From Malacoraja senta (Eukaryota): a stretch of 64,000 bases of DNA. Below, piece by piece: positions 37,308 through 50,062 of the stretch (position 1 is its first letter; every line of letters starts with the position of its first letter). A program made the translations under genes and the position numbers. Under the pieces are notes generated by a model that worked only from the letters and a program-made list of their open reading frames with translations, did not search any database and was not told the origin of the DNA. The stretch lies in NCBI GenBank assembly GCA_038087875.1, contig CM075977.1, forward strand, positions 345,092,001 to 345,156,000, read 5' to 3'.

Positions 37308-38752
37308 TGACAGCTGAAGGAGAACCATCAATTATACTTATCTCTCTTTCTGCTGGACAAGTTCTGCAGATAATTGGAAACAGGGACTGAGTTGTCGAAA
37401 GTTTATTTTTTCTCCAGCCAAATGAAGTTTCAAGATGGAGTTATGGTCACTCGTTGCCTTTCTAAAGAAAGGTTATTAAGGATTGATGGTCAATAACATG
37501 AGATTGATGCATTAATGTAATTGAAGACAGGCAATGTTATTTTCCAAATTGTAAGGAAAATTCATTGAAAACTATTCTGACCCTTCCTGTGACATGCAAG
37601 TTCTGCCAGATTATTGTTTTCACTTGATTTTATCTCAAGAGAATAGTTAGCAGCCTACATTCCAGAAAATAGGAAGACTAAAATCTAGAACATACAGAGG
37701 ACCCAAATATTACATCCTTTGGAGCCTCAGAGACATGTTATTAGATAGTCAGGTAGCAGTTGGTTTGCAGATTAAAAGACCACAAAGTCCACCTCAAAGT
37801 CTTCAAATATTGGTGTAGATCTGAAACTTGTACTTTTCTCCATTTTTGAATACAAATAAACGTGTATCATCTTTGCAAAGAAAAAAATCGGAGAAAAAAG
37901 TATGTTAAAACATGTTTATTTTGTTTTTCAAAGAATGTACCACAACTGAGATCAGAATACATAGCATTAATCATTAAGAGCTAAACCTCAAGATCAATGT
38001 TTTGTTGATTTTGGCAGAAACATGGCAATCTAAATCTAACCTCCAAGGTAAACTTGCTGAAAGCTGACCAGTAAAAATGGACTTGGACATGAAATAATAC
38101 TCGGTTAAGTTTCATGCTTGAATTAAGTTGAAGGCAACACTTAAAGAAGAGCAACCAATTATAATGCAAACAGTGCCACAAATTTAAATCAGCCAATTAG
38201 TATTTATGTTGGCAATTGATTAAGAATTACAAAACCATGAGATTTTTTACTTCAGGAAAGATATAAAGATTGCTTTCAGCTGCATATATAAAATCCTCTG
38301 GATGTCATTTGGAAATAAACATTGAGTGAAATACTTATTCCCACAGGTAGAATCAGATGTTATAGAATTTACAGAGGTTAAATTAGGAATGACTGTGAAT
38401 GCGGCTTCCATTCCATTTCCCCGTGTATGAATGTTTAAAACTGAGGTTATACTTTTCCTGTTGCTACTTTTATTATATTATATTACCTACTTAAGGTTCA
38501 TTTCCCAAATCTCTACAAGGGAGTTACTACTTGGAGATAATCTGTGGAGTAACCAGAGAAACTCTTGTCTTTCCACTTTAAAGGCATATCATTATTCAGT
38601 TATACCTGTAGCTTTACCTGCCAAGCTTTGATTCTTATTCACCTGAGCCAGATCTGTTCTCATTGCCTTTAAAATAAGCCTTTATCAATTTACTATTTTG
38701 GCTCAACAAGTTGGCTCTGTCCATGAGCATTCCTGGACAAGCTCGATCTAAA

Positions 38753-39064
38753 GGAGGCATGGTGGTGCAGCAGTATAGCTGCTGCCTTACAACACGGGTT
38801 CGATCCTGACTGCAGGTGCTGTCTTTATGGAGTTAGTTTGTTTTCCCCGTGACTTGCGTGGGTTTTCCCGAGGAGCTCCAGTTTCCTCCCACACACCAAA
38901 GACGTACAGGTCTGTAGGTTCATTGGCTTGGTAAAATTGTAAATTGTCCCTCATGTGTGTAGAATAGTGTTAATGTGCGGGGCTTGATGGTCAGCGTGGA
39001 CTCGGTGGGTCAAAGGGCCTGTTTCTGCGCTGTATCTCTAAAGTAAAGTAAACTAAACTAAACT
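38753..39064 (+). mobile_element. HE1-type SINE
   Basis: GGGTTCGATCC B box; (TAAAS)n tail. Confidence 0.88.
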
Positions 39065-39197
39065 AGAGAAGTAAAGCAATTTTCTCCTGAATCAATATTT
39101 CACTCCCTGTCATTTTTTTCCCTTCCTTATCCATCCTGAACATAATATCCAGTGGAACTATGTTTAATTCCTTCCCTTTTGTAAACAATCTGGTCAT

Positions 39198-40214
39198 TGT
39201 GGGTCCCTGTCACATGGGAGGCCTGGTCCCCCAACGCAATATTCCACCACTCACCCATTCCCCAATGCATCCCATTCCCCCAACGCAATATTCATTATAT
39301 AGCCCCCAACTGCGCAGGCACGGCACATTTCCCCTCATCCCCACAGCACTTCCTCCCCCTCCTCTTCATCCTCCCTTTTCTTTCCCCTCTCCTCCTCCCC
39401 TCCCCAATCCCTCGCTCACCTCTCCCTCCCTCTCCTTTCCCCTATCCTCAGTCACTCACTCCCTCCAGAACTCCCCTCCCCTCCCTACCCCCTCCTATCC
39501 CTCTATCCCCCACTCCTCCCTCCTCTCCCTTTATTCCCCACTCCCTACCTCCCCCACTCCCCCCCTCCTCTCCCTCTCTTCCCCCTCCTCCCCCACTCTC
39601 CCTCCTCACCTCCCCCACTTCCCCATATCCTTCCATACCCCCTCCTCTCCCTCTATTCCTCACTCGCTACCTCCCCCACTCCCCCCTCCTCTCCTTCTAT
39701 TCCCCCTCCTCACCCAATCTCCATCCTCACCTCCCCAGGATCTCGAGGGTGCCGCTCTTTTCCCTCCTTGCATGCCCGGAGCAGCAATGCCTCAGAGCCA
39801 GGCTCAGCGCCCACGCCTCAGATCCTCAGCGCGGCCTCTACCCGCCCCCGGAGATGGCCGCCAGTGCAACAGTAAAATGGAAGTAATCATACCCGTGTTG
39901 CCGTTCGGAATTCTGGAAAGGCCCCAACTGCGCAGGCGCGGCTGAGGACCCGTTGGGTGCCCTTTGTGACGCCAGTAAAGACGCGCACGGGAACCCTCAC
40001 CCAACTGCGCATGGGCAGGTGGGCGCGCTGTTTTGTTAATTTAAGTTTTGCACGTTAATAACTTTAAAAATATACCATAAATCTGAACAAAACGTGTTTC
40101 ATTTTCACCACAGGACAATGGTGAGTCAGGTGGGCCAAAAATTGTAGTGCTATCGTGTACTGTTTTTGCACAAATAGAAGTACAACACACACCTGCAAAC
40201 AAACAATATATAGA
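39198..40214 (-). mobile_element. Probable non-autonomous Helitron-like element with an internal CT-rich tract
   Basis: Minus strand starts A|TCTATATATTGTTTGTTTG at 40214; GGACCCGTTGGGT hairpin motif at about 39945; terminal CTAG not found. Confidence 0.5.
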
Positions 40215-40225
40215 TTGCCTCTTTC

Positions 40226-40503
40226 GGATGGCACGGTGGTGCAACGGTAGAGTTGTAGCCTTACAGCGCCTTATGGGTTTGATCCTGACTACGGATGCTG
40301 TTCGTTCCGGAGTTTGTACATTCTCCCCGTGACCTGCATGGGTTTTCTTCAGGTGCTCCGGTTTCCTTCCACACTCCAAAGATGTACAGGTTTGTCGACT
40401 AATTGGCTTCAGTTAAATTGTCCCTAGAGTGTGTAAGATAGTGGTGGTGTGCGGGGATCGCTGGTTGGCGCATTTCTGTGCTGTATCTCTAAACTAAATT
40501 AAA
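40226..40503 (+). mobile_element. HE1-type SINE
   Basis: Head, central domain and tail. Confidence 0.86.
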
Positions 40504-40504
40504 T

Positions 40505-41700
40505 CTCCAACCTCGCCTACTCCATTCACTGTTCCCATGTGGTCTCCTCTACATCTGCAAGACCAAACGACCAAGTTGCAAAGTACCTGCACTTGAGAGA
40601 ACCTATCTACAATAGCCACACTGACCTCCCGGTTGCATTCCCCTTCCCAATCCAACACCAACCTGTCTATCCTTGGTATTATTCACTGCAACATGAGGAA
40701 AAACACCTCCTATTCTGCCAGGCTAGACTACAACCCAATGACATGAAAATCAAATTTTCCAGTTTTAGGTTCACCTCATTTGGTCTGTTCACCCCTCCCC
40801 CCCAACCTCTCTCTTTCTGACCTCCCCTGGTCTTTTTTTCCTGTACCCTTTCCTGTAGTTCCCCATAATGTCCCCCTGTATTGGCCTATTTCCTGGTTCC
40901 CTACTCCACACACAATTCACCCACTCCCCACAGCACAGCTCCCCATCTGATCTTGGTTCCATTTGCCATTCACCAGTTCCCTAATGGATCCTTCTCAGAT
41001 TCCAGCACTGGCAGCCTCCGTGTACCCACTCATCCTCTTCCAGTAGCAGATTAGAGATTTAGTTTAGAGATACAGCATGGAAACGGCCCTACAGCCCACC
41101 ATATCCATGACCATTGATCTGCTAGTTCTATGTTACCCTACTTTTTCATCCACTCCCTACACACTAGGGGAAATTTATAGAGGCCAATTAACTTACAAAC
41201 CGCACATCTTTGGGATGTGGGTGGAAAGCATAGCACCCAGAAGAAACCCATGCAAACAAAAGGAGAACATGCAAACTCCAGACAAATTACATGTTAGGTC
41301 GGAATTGAACCTGGGTCTCTAGCGCTGTGAGGCAGCAGCATTACCAGCTGTATCACTGTGCCATCTCCACCCTCACACTCTCCTCCATGCACTCCACCTA
41401 CCTCCCTTTTTGCTTTTTTATTTTTTCTTCTTTCTGCCGCCATCCATCTGATACCTGCCTATGCCTCCCTGCGCTATCCACCTCCCACCCCTTCCTAGCT
41501 CCATATGCTTGTCATCCTTCACTGGTCCACTAATCTCCTCTTGCTTTTGTCTCAGCACTCCACGTCTTCTCTCTATACCAACCACCCTCTCTCTCCACTC
41601 TCAGTCCTGATCCAGGGTTTTGACCCAGACATGTCAACGGTTCCTTCCCCCCCTCCACAAATGCTGCTCAACCCACTGCGTTCCTCCAGCAGAGTGTGCG
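40505..41700 (+). mobile_element. Decayed Penelope-like retroelement 3' part (GIY-YIG endonuclease remnant, pyrimidine-rich UTR, terminal repeat), interrupted by a SINE
   Basis: Frameshifted CGLLYI..TKR, DLPVA, EEKHLLFCQARLQPNDMKIKFSSFR; degenerate CTGATCCAGGGTTTTGACCCAGAC at about 41607. Confidence 0.72.
41051..41362 (-). mobile_element. HE1-type SINE inserted into the Penelope remnant
   Basis: Reverse complement of full SINE. Confidence 0.85.
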
Positions 41701-42017
41701 TGGACAGCTTGGTCATAGATGCAACACCTGTCTTCTCACATCCTAAAGACGTGTAGATAGGTGGATTAATTTACTGCTGTAGTCTGCAGGTGTACGGATC
41801 AGAGAAGCATTGATGGGAATATGGGGAAAATAACATTGTTACTACAGATTCCAGCATCCGCAGTCTCATGTGTCTCTGTTCTTTTTATGTTGTTCCTGGA
41901 TAACAACAAAACACACGTCATTTAAATGTAATATTGCAGTTTGCCAGGTGGGGTTTAAGGTTTACTTTGCTGATGGCCTGCTCACTACCTTACATGATCC
42001 ATTATCTATTTATGCAG

Positions 42018-42068
42018 ATTGCCGGACCCCCAGGCCCCACTGGCTCACAAGGCCCACCAGGTCCAATG
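42018..42068 (+). CDS. COL25A1: COL25A1 exon, 51 nt: IAGPPGPTGSQGPPGPM
   Basis: tatgcag|ATT...ATG|gtaagt; begins with the 2-residue COL3 interruption. Confidence 0.94.
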
Positions 42069-42479
42069 GTAAGTCACAGTTACTGCTCTGAGAGTCTCTT
42101 GTTCTATTCCTGTTATTGAAAGGTCTGAGCGTTTCTTTAAAAAACACATGTCATCTGAGTTTGTTCTCAGAGCTGGGAACTTTACCTCTTTGATTCAATG
42201 GAATCTTGCATTTTCTCTGTATGTAAAAGCTTGCCAAAACAATATTTGCCCCAGAGTTTGCTGGACGGGAAATAAGTCATTCCTGGGCTTTGCAATGCAC
42301 ATCTGTTCTTCCACACCATTGTCCTCCAAACCATTATCCAGAATGTAATTGCAGCAAAACGCACAAAGCCACATTACATTGAGGCAAGACAAGGTACTAG
42401 TAGCCTGCTTGCTTTAGCAGCTGTAAGAATAATGTGTTCAAATGTCTCTCCTGGTGTGGTCTTAAGGCTAGTCAAAGGT

Positions 42480-44015
42480 TCAGAATGAACACCAGGATGG
42501 TACCATTTTTTTCTATATTACACAGGTTGAGTGGTTGATGAACATGCTCACAATGCTGCTGTAGACAGCTAGAATCAAGTTAATCTCTTGAGGAATACAA
42601 GGGATGTGGGACTACACTTAAGAAGGAAATTTGTTGGGCAAAAAAGGATCTACGAGTGATCCCTCGTAGATAAGATAAAGGATTCTATCAATCTATAAGA
42701 GTAAAAGGCCAGCAAGTTGGAGAATAGATCGCTTTAAGGATCAAAGTGGCGATATATGTGTGGAGCCATGGGAAATGTGTACGGTCTTAAATGAATATAG
42801 TACAGGCCTGTATTGACCATGGAGAAGGATGTGGAAGCTCATGTGATCACGACATTTAGGACGACAGATGGCGCAATGGGCTAAGTGTTCGGCTGGCAAC
42901 CGGAAGGTAGCCGGTTCGAATCCCGCTTGGAGTGCATACTGTCGTTGTGTCCTTGGGCAAGACACTTCACCCACCTTTGCCTGCGTGTGCATGTGTGTGA
43001 ATGTGTGTGAGTGATTGGTGGTGGTCGAAGGGGCCGTAGGCGCAGATTAGCAGCCACGCTTCCGTCAGTCTGCCCCAGGGCAGCTGTGGCTACAGAAGTA
43101 GCTCACCACCACCGAGTGTGACTGAGGAGTGAATGAATAATGCGATGTAAAGCGCCTTGGGTATTAGAAAGGCGCTATATAAATCCAATCCATTATTATT
43201 CATTATTATTATCACGGGAAGGTACAGTGATATCCTGGAGCATGTTCCGTATCTCAGCAAGGGAAGCAAGGAAGGAGATTTCCGAGACACTGTCAAAAAT
43301 ATTTGTATCTTTGTCAGCTGCAGTTGTGGCAGAGGAAGACTAGGGGGATTGCAAGGGAACTGCAAGCCAACAGTGGTGGGAATGTTACTGGAAACATTTC
43401 CGCGAGACAGGATTTATTCACCTTTTGAAAGGCTAGGGCTGATTAGCAATAGTCAGTATAACTATATTCATGGGAGATCATATCTAACAAATTTGATATT
43501 TGTGAAGAGGTGACCAAGTGTCTTCATGAATGTTGTCAAGGTCTTCGATAAGGTCCTACATCATCGCTTGGTCCAGAAGGTGAGATTGCACGGGATGTAG
43601 GATGAGCTAGCCATCTGAATACAAAATTGGCTTTGTGATCAGAGGCTGAGGGTGATAATAGAAAGTTGATTTTCTCAAGGAGACCTGTGACCAGTGGGTG
43701 TGACACAGGAATCGATGCTGGGTCCTCTGTTGTTTGTCATATGTATTCATAATTTGGATAGGAATAAAGGTGACATGATAATGAGGATAAGAATTAAAGT
43801 AACGTGATTAATATTTTTTGCGGATGACACCAACGTTGGTGGCATTTTGGACAATGATGAAGATTTTACAAGTTTACAGTAGGACCTAGATTAACTGAGA
43901 AAGTGGGTAAGGGAATGGCAAGTGTAATTTAACTCAGACAAGTGCCATTAGATGCATTTTGGGAACATAAACCAGGCAGATCTTATACAGTGAATGCCAG
44001 GGCCCTGGGAAGTGT
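42480..44015 (+). mobile_element. Decayed CR1 LINE ORF2 (RT) fragment
   Basis: Broken frames giving GRSYLTNL, KVFDKVLH, QESMLGPLLFVI, FADDTNVGG. Confidence 0.85.
42859..43210 (+). mobile_element. tRNA-derived CORE-SINE with L2-type tail (AFC-like), nested in CR1
   Basis: A box TGGCGCAATGG (42869-42879), B box GGTTCGAATCC (42913-42923), CORE-like GTGTCCTTGGGCAAGACACTTCACCC, tail stem-loop AGCGCCTT..AAGGCGCT plus (TAT)n. Confidence 0.88.
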
Positions 44016-44021
44016 TTAAAC

Positions 44022-44165
44022 AAGGAACCGCAGATGCTGGTCAATACACAAAAGGACACAAAGTGCTGGAGTAACTCAGCAGATCAGGCAGCAACTCTGG
44101 AGAACATGGATGGATTACATTTTCTGACCTGTTGAGTTACTCCAGCACTTTGTGTCCTTTTGACC
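44022..44165. mobile_element. Centre-deleted Penelope-derived fold-back element
   Basis: CAAAAGGACACAAAGTGCTGGAGTAACTCA...TGAGTTACTCCAGCACTTTGTGTCCTTTTG. Confidence 0.78.
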
Positions 44166-44182
44166 CAAACTAGAATAGTGAA

Positions 44183-44880
44183 AGGCTCGGATAGAGTGGA
44201 TGTGGAGAGGATGTTTCCATTAGTGGGAGAGTCTAGGACTAGAGTTTATAGCCTCATAATGAAAGGATGTTCTTTTAGGAAGGAGATGAGGAGAAATTTC
44301 TTTAGACAGAGGGTGGTGTATATGTAGAATTTGTTGCCACAGAAGGCTGTGGAGGCCAAGTCAGTGGATATTTTTAAGGCAGAGATAGATAGATATTTTA
44401 TTAGTACAGGTGTCAGAGGTTATGGGGAGAAGGCAGGAGAATGGGGTTAGGAGGGAGAGATAGATCAGCCATGATTGAATGGCAGAGTAGACTTGATGGG
44501 CTGAATGGCCTTATTCTACTCCTATCATATATGACATGATTTATGACTGCTGAGTTACTCCAGCATTTTGTGACCCTGGGAAGTGTTTTTGAACAGAGAG
44601 ACATTGAGTTACAAGTACACAGTTCCCTGACCACGGCGACCAAGTGCACACGGTGGATCTGAGGGGTACATTTTTCACACAATGAGTAGCTGGTAGCTGG
44701 AATGAGCTACCAGAGCGGGTGCTGGAGGCAGCAACAGCAACATCATTTAAGAGACATCTGGGCAGGTACATAAATGAGCAAGGCATAGAGGGATATGGAA
44801 TTAACATAGGCATGGATTCATATAGATCAGCATGATGGTTGAAAAGGGCATTGAAGGCTGAAGGGCTGTACAAATCCATG
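44183..44880 (+). mobile_element. CR1/HER1 LINE 3' fragments (about 44183-44535 and 44590-44880)
   Basis: Similarity to the other CR1 3' ends. Confidence 0.82.
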
Positions 44881-47800
44881 TATTGGATGAAAGAAAAGTT
44901 AGTAATAGTTATCGGTCTTTGTTATAAACTTTTCATTTTGATACAGTTTAGCCGTATCCAAAGATGTTTTCACCAAGTTTGCCATAAAAAGCACATTTCT
45001 GTACTGACATGCTGCTGACATCTGAGGGGAAAAGTTAATAACAACTTTAGAAGTGGAAATCGAAGAGTCCTCAAATAGAAGGCTTGTTGAAGCAGGATGC
45101 AGCAACAGATAGGCCCCCCTCATACAACATCACAGTTGGGTGAAGATGGATAGACAAGTTACGCACTGACGATCACTAAAGGAGTATTTCTGTGATCAGG
45201 AAATAGTAGTTAGGTATTTGTTAGATTCTTTTTTTTTTTTTAATTAAATATTTAATTGGTGGGAAGATTAGAATAAATAAACAATTCCTCACTAGGAGAT
45301 TCTGAGAACGGCTGGCCAAAATTATCTTTTCAGAGTAGTGTAACAGTAGAGAGGGATCTACCCTCCAGTTACCCTTGCATAAGTGCCCGTCATCAGTCCA
45401 AATTAGCTTTGATTAAAACTTCAGTGGTATTCCTACATTGAAATGAGGGAAAAATTGGATGATGGATGTTGACTGTTTTTAGTCTGTTCCACCATTTGAA
45501 AGGACCGTGCAGATCGTTATGTTAACACAGTAGCTGCCGGCAGCCTTGGCTACTACAAATTCACCACTCTCAGAGGTGACACCTTTAACTGACCCAAACT
45601 CAGTAGCTTCTTGGGCAAGAGATGTTCAGGTTCCTCACAATTCCTGCTGAGGGCTTGGTGCAAATTATGGTTATAAATGTGCATCTCTTGGAGTTAAATT
45701 TCTTTGATTTTCTTTTGCATCTATTTACTTTATTTTATCAATTTCTCTACTTGGACCCCTGAATCTTTCTGTTCATTCACAATTTCTAACCTCTCCAATT
45801 AAAAAACTCTCTGATCTATGTTCCTTTGGCCCAAACTCTCCCATTGAGTTCGACCAGGCACAATTTTGTATCCTGAGATATATTCAATGGACTTGGGCTT
45901 TCTGAAAGTTGTGGGTTTGAATATGTTAAAAACAGTCATTTGCCTTCAGGTTCAAAATAGATAAAGAAAATAGGAACTAAAATTTAACTAATTCCATTGG
46001 GTATTATCTCACATTTTATACATTTGTGAATTCATAGTATTTAAATTTTGTTTGAACTAAACATGTTTGCACGAGCGTCAGAATAGACATTTCTGCAGAT
46101 TACAACCAGGAATGCAGTCTATTCTTCTGTTGTTTCCCACAGTAAAAAGTGGGTTTATATTGTCCAATGCATCAACTCCTTTGTTTTGAGAGATTTTGAA
46201 CAGTTTGTGTTTTCTATATAGGAGCCAGATCCTGCTCAGATTAATGAGATGGAATAACTGGGCAGGTCAAAATTGGGGTTAATGTCAGTGATTGTGGATG
46301 CAGGCTGCAGGGCACAACTTAAATGCATTTTAGACATGAGCAAGGTGATGCATCAAAGCCAACTTTCTATGGGAAAATAGAGCCAAGAGCAAACAGGAAG
46401 GAAAGAAGGTTTAAAATGAACATAGTGCAGACAATATTGAAGAAACTGAAAAATGGAAATGAAAAGGCAAACTCGTGATTGAAAGGCTGTGGGTCATTTT
46501 GTCCACATGAGGAATGATATGTGGTATGTAGCTCAGGAATCTGTGCAGAATCTGTGGCACTGTACTGAGGATTATCTATCTTTGCTGGAAAATTAGGTGG
46601 TATTCCAAGCTAGGTAGAAGAATTGAGGAGATGAGTGGAAAGAAATGATCAGATTTGTGGAAAATGGCAGCTAGGTGGGAAGTCCAGCTGACTGAGGAAC
46701 AGCGAAGTACCAAGAAGTGAAGAATACCCAAAACAGAAAGAACCTTCAGAAAATGCAGAATGCTGTCTGCTTTATTTAATATCTTTTCTGCCACACATCC
46801 GTCGCCTTAGAGGAACTTGTCTTCTGAGGCAATAGATGTGCAGCTAAAAGGACCCTGAATAAAGCAGATAGCATTCTACATTTCACACAAAGCATTTGGG
46901 GATTTCTGGTAATCCTATGCAATGAGAAGGAAGAAAAACAAATGGCTTGGTGTAAAGTATGTTTAGAAAAACTATTGTAGAGTTGACCCTGGTTCTATGG
47001 GTGTTTAATTCACAGGACAAATGTCTGAGAGAATTAGATTAGTATTCAGATAGGGTGCTTGAACCAGTAGGTGTTGACAGAGGATGATAGTTAAACATTC
47101 TAGCAACTGTTCAAATTCATCACTGACTCTGGACAGTTGAACACAGCACTGCCGTGTCAAGTTAGGCTGCTGGTTTCTGTTAGCCAGACGAATTGAGGGC
47201 TAACGCTCAAGTCAGTCAGAAGAGAGAGAAAACAGAAGACCAGGGATGAAGAAGGGGGTTCTGCTCTCAGTTTAAGCTCAAAAGATTCAGTTTCAGATTA
47301 GTTTATTGTCATATACACCAGTGTGCAATGAAATTCCTTGTTCGTAAGAAGCTCATTGAGTACATGGTATATGTAGTAATGATAGATACAACAATGAATA
47401 CAAAGACAAATGCAAAATAACAGAATGGTGCAAAAATTGTAGTGCAATCTGAAAACAGCAGAATGGTGCAGGGGTTCAGTTAGTTTTTAACCAGCATTGG
47501 CACAGAGCGGTAGATCGTCATTGTGGAGTACCATAGTGAATTCATTTGTTTCTTCATGAATAGGGAGCAAAGTCAATGGAATCATTAGAGTCAATTTAAA
47601 AGTTTGGTTGGTGGGTGGGTAGAGTGTGCAAGGAGGTAACAAAGAGAGATGAAGCCATTTGCAGATGGGACTGACAAGCTGGTGGCCTCCAGTGATCTGG
47701 CTGCTTTTAGACCTGCCCCTCCAGGTCCCACGAACAATTATTGAAGAGGGTCTCTGCTGTTGTACTGCCTGTAAACAGGCTTGGAAATCATAAGGTGTCT

Positions 47801-48023
47801 CCAACCAGCAGGTTAAAATCATTATCTCTGATGTTCCCGAAGGATTTTCTCTTGACCTCCTTTTTCACATCTACATATTTAAAAGACAACCTGATAAATA
47901 TTTGAAAGCACAGAGGTGATAAAGCCTGAAGGCACTGATTGGCCTTGATTGCTTTAGCATCAGAGAATTACTGGACTGTTGAGATATTTACTAATTTCCT
48001 TCATCTTCATTCTGTTTCAACAG

Positions 48024-48050
48024 GGACCACATGGCCTTCCAGGACCTAAG
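48024..48050 (+). CDS. COL25A1: COL25A1 micro-exon, 27 nt: GPHGLPGPK
   Basis: tcaacag|GGA...AAG|gtaaat. Confidence 0.93.
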
Positions 48051-48749
48051 GTAAATCATCAGAAAAAGTCTAAGGAGATCTAGTAAACTGACAAGATGAC
48101 TTAAATTTGTTTCCATGCTCTTTGTTAAAATTAGCTATGCATGCTATATGTCACTTATTTGACTAATTAATGTTGATTTTATGTTGTAGCATCTTTAAAC
48201 CTGTAAGTTCTGGCTGCAGAGCAAGTGTTTTCTTTGCACTTTACCAAATTTAATAAGATCCTTGTTTAGGACAACCTGAGATGCCATGATACAGGGTTCC
48301 ATTTTTAATCGATCGATTATCTGCGGAGCTTTTGTTGCTTTTCGTTGAGCGGAGATGGATTTGTTTGTCAAACCCCTGAAGTGCCACAAAGCAAGGCCAA
48401 CACATCATCATGCAAGCGTATTGCAGAGGTGGTGATTTCTGTGAGGTTCAGCAAACCCCCCCAGCTTCGTAAAATCACGTGGGCACCAAAGCAAAGTTTG
48501 TACCCTGTGACCATCATAAAATCCTATCAGTAACATTAGACTAGGCATTGTATTAAAAGGTCAACCACTTGTTTCTGGGTTCTAGAGCTGCAGTTCACTT
48601 ACAGATGTCCATTAACTGAAGTCCACATTCATTCTGTAAAATGATCATGATTCCCACCTCATCAAGGAGAGTTTGGTCAGTTTTATTGAGGTCCCCCCCC
48701 CCCCCCCCAATATTTAAGAATATAAGGCATAAAACAACCTTCAGTTCTA

Positions 48750-49025
48750 TGCAGGAAAGAACTGCAGATGCTGGTTTAAATCTAAAGTAGACACAAAATG
48801 CCGGAGTAACTCAGCGGGACAGGCAGCATCTCTGGAGAGAAGGAATGGGTGACGTTTCGGGTCGAGACCCTTCTTCAGACTGATGTCAGGGGAAGGGGCG
48901 GGACAAAGATAGAATGATGTCGGAGACAGTAAGACTGGGAGAACTGAGAAGGGGGAGGAGATCGAGAGGGAAAGCAAGGGCTATCTGAAGTTAGAGAAGT
49001 CAACGTTCATACCGCTGGGGTGTAA
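48750..49025 (-). mobile_element. Penelope-like element 3' end: endonuclease C-terminus plus terminal repeat
   Basis: Minus strand from 49025 translates LHPSGMNVDFSNFR*, then a pyrimidine-rich UTR and the terminal repeat that forms the fold-back arms. Confidence 0.8.
48848..48882 (-). ncRNA. Putative minimal hammerhead ribozyme core
   Basis: Minus strand: CAGT-CTGAAGA-A-GGGTC-TC-GACCC-GAAAC-GTC-ACC. Confidence 0.55.
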
Positions 49026-50062
49026 ACATGTTCTGTGCAACAGGTATCATTGTCACTAAATGAGGGAAAGTCATATGGATCTAAATCAAGTGTTGTAAAT
49101 AGCCACTTGTGTCATGTTCATGTTGGGAGAGCTCTGCGTTGCATCTGGCACAAGCCTTCTCTGACAGCGCTCTGTGTTGTCACTGGATGCAGAACAGAAA
49201 GCTGAAGTGTATTTCTTCACAACTCTCAGTTCTTCCAATATAAACACTTCTAAAACAAAAGATTGTCCTACTGGTAATACTGTCAGAGCTGATGAACTTA
49301 TGGGTTTAAAGTGATCACCACACAAAAGGTATTACTGAAGATTTCTGTGCATATGTCAATGTGTTATTTCACCAGCCACACACATCGTGATCAGAACACA
49401 GAGCAGCATTATCACAACATACATCCTTTGTAAGTGGTAGGACAACTGTGCAGAGGGCTTTGGAATAAATAAAGAGAAATTTGGTAGGAAGTTTGGTAAC
49501 CAGAAGATATGCTCTTAAAACAATAGCTAAAAGGATTTGAAGGAGATAATTTTGGTGTTAATGTAACAAATGGTTACAATCTGGAATCACTGCATGAAAA
49601 GATGGTGAAAGCAAATTTAAAAATAGCATCAAAGGGGAATTGGACAAATATGAGATATAACTAATTGGACGTATGTAACTCCATGGGATTGGAACTAAAT
49701 GGATTGCTCTTTACAAATGCTCGTCACAATGGGAAAAGGAGACATTTTCTGTGCAGTATTCATTCCATGACTGTGATCCCAATTGTCCATCTATTTGGGT
49801 CCACCACGCACAGAGCAAAGTAATTGGAATGGTATCAAACAGACTGATCATCAATGCAGTAAGGAATAGATTAGATCTGTCTCGGATCGTCCATCTCAAT
49901 AAGTCTGGCAAAACAAGACTGGTTAAGTTATTACCGATTATAGTTGTACTCAGAGGGCAAGATCTATCAACCACCATCCTAGACCCCATCATTGTCATTC
50001 CAGTGTCTATCCCATCATATCAGCAGGCCAGAACCAAGAATACTGCGTTGTTAGGTAATAAG

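Noticed and set aside
39160-39945. 261-aa and 229-aa Pro/Ser/Leu-rich ORFs
   Set aside because: Produced by a stop-poor C/T low-complexity tract inside a repeat element; open in several frames; no domain or splice support.
42859-42935. tRNA gene (A/B boxes, anticodon-like loop CT-GGC-AA)
   Set aside because: No acceptor stem or poly-T terminator; continues into a SINE body and tail. The same applies to the HE1 heads.
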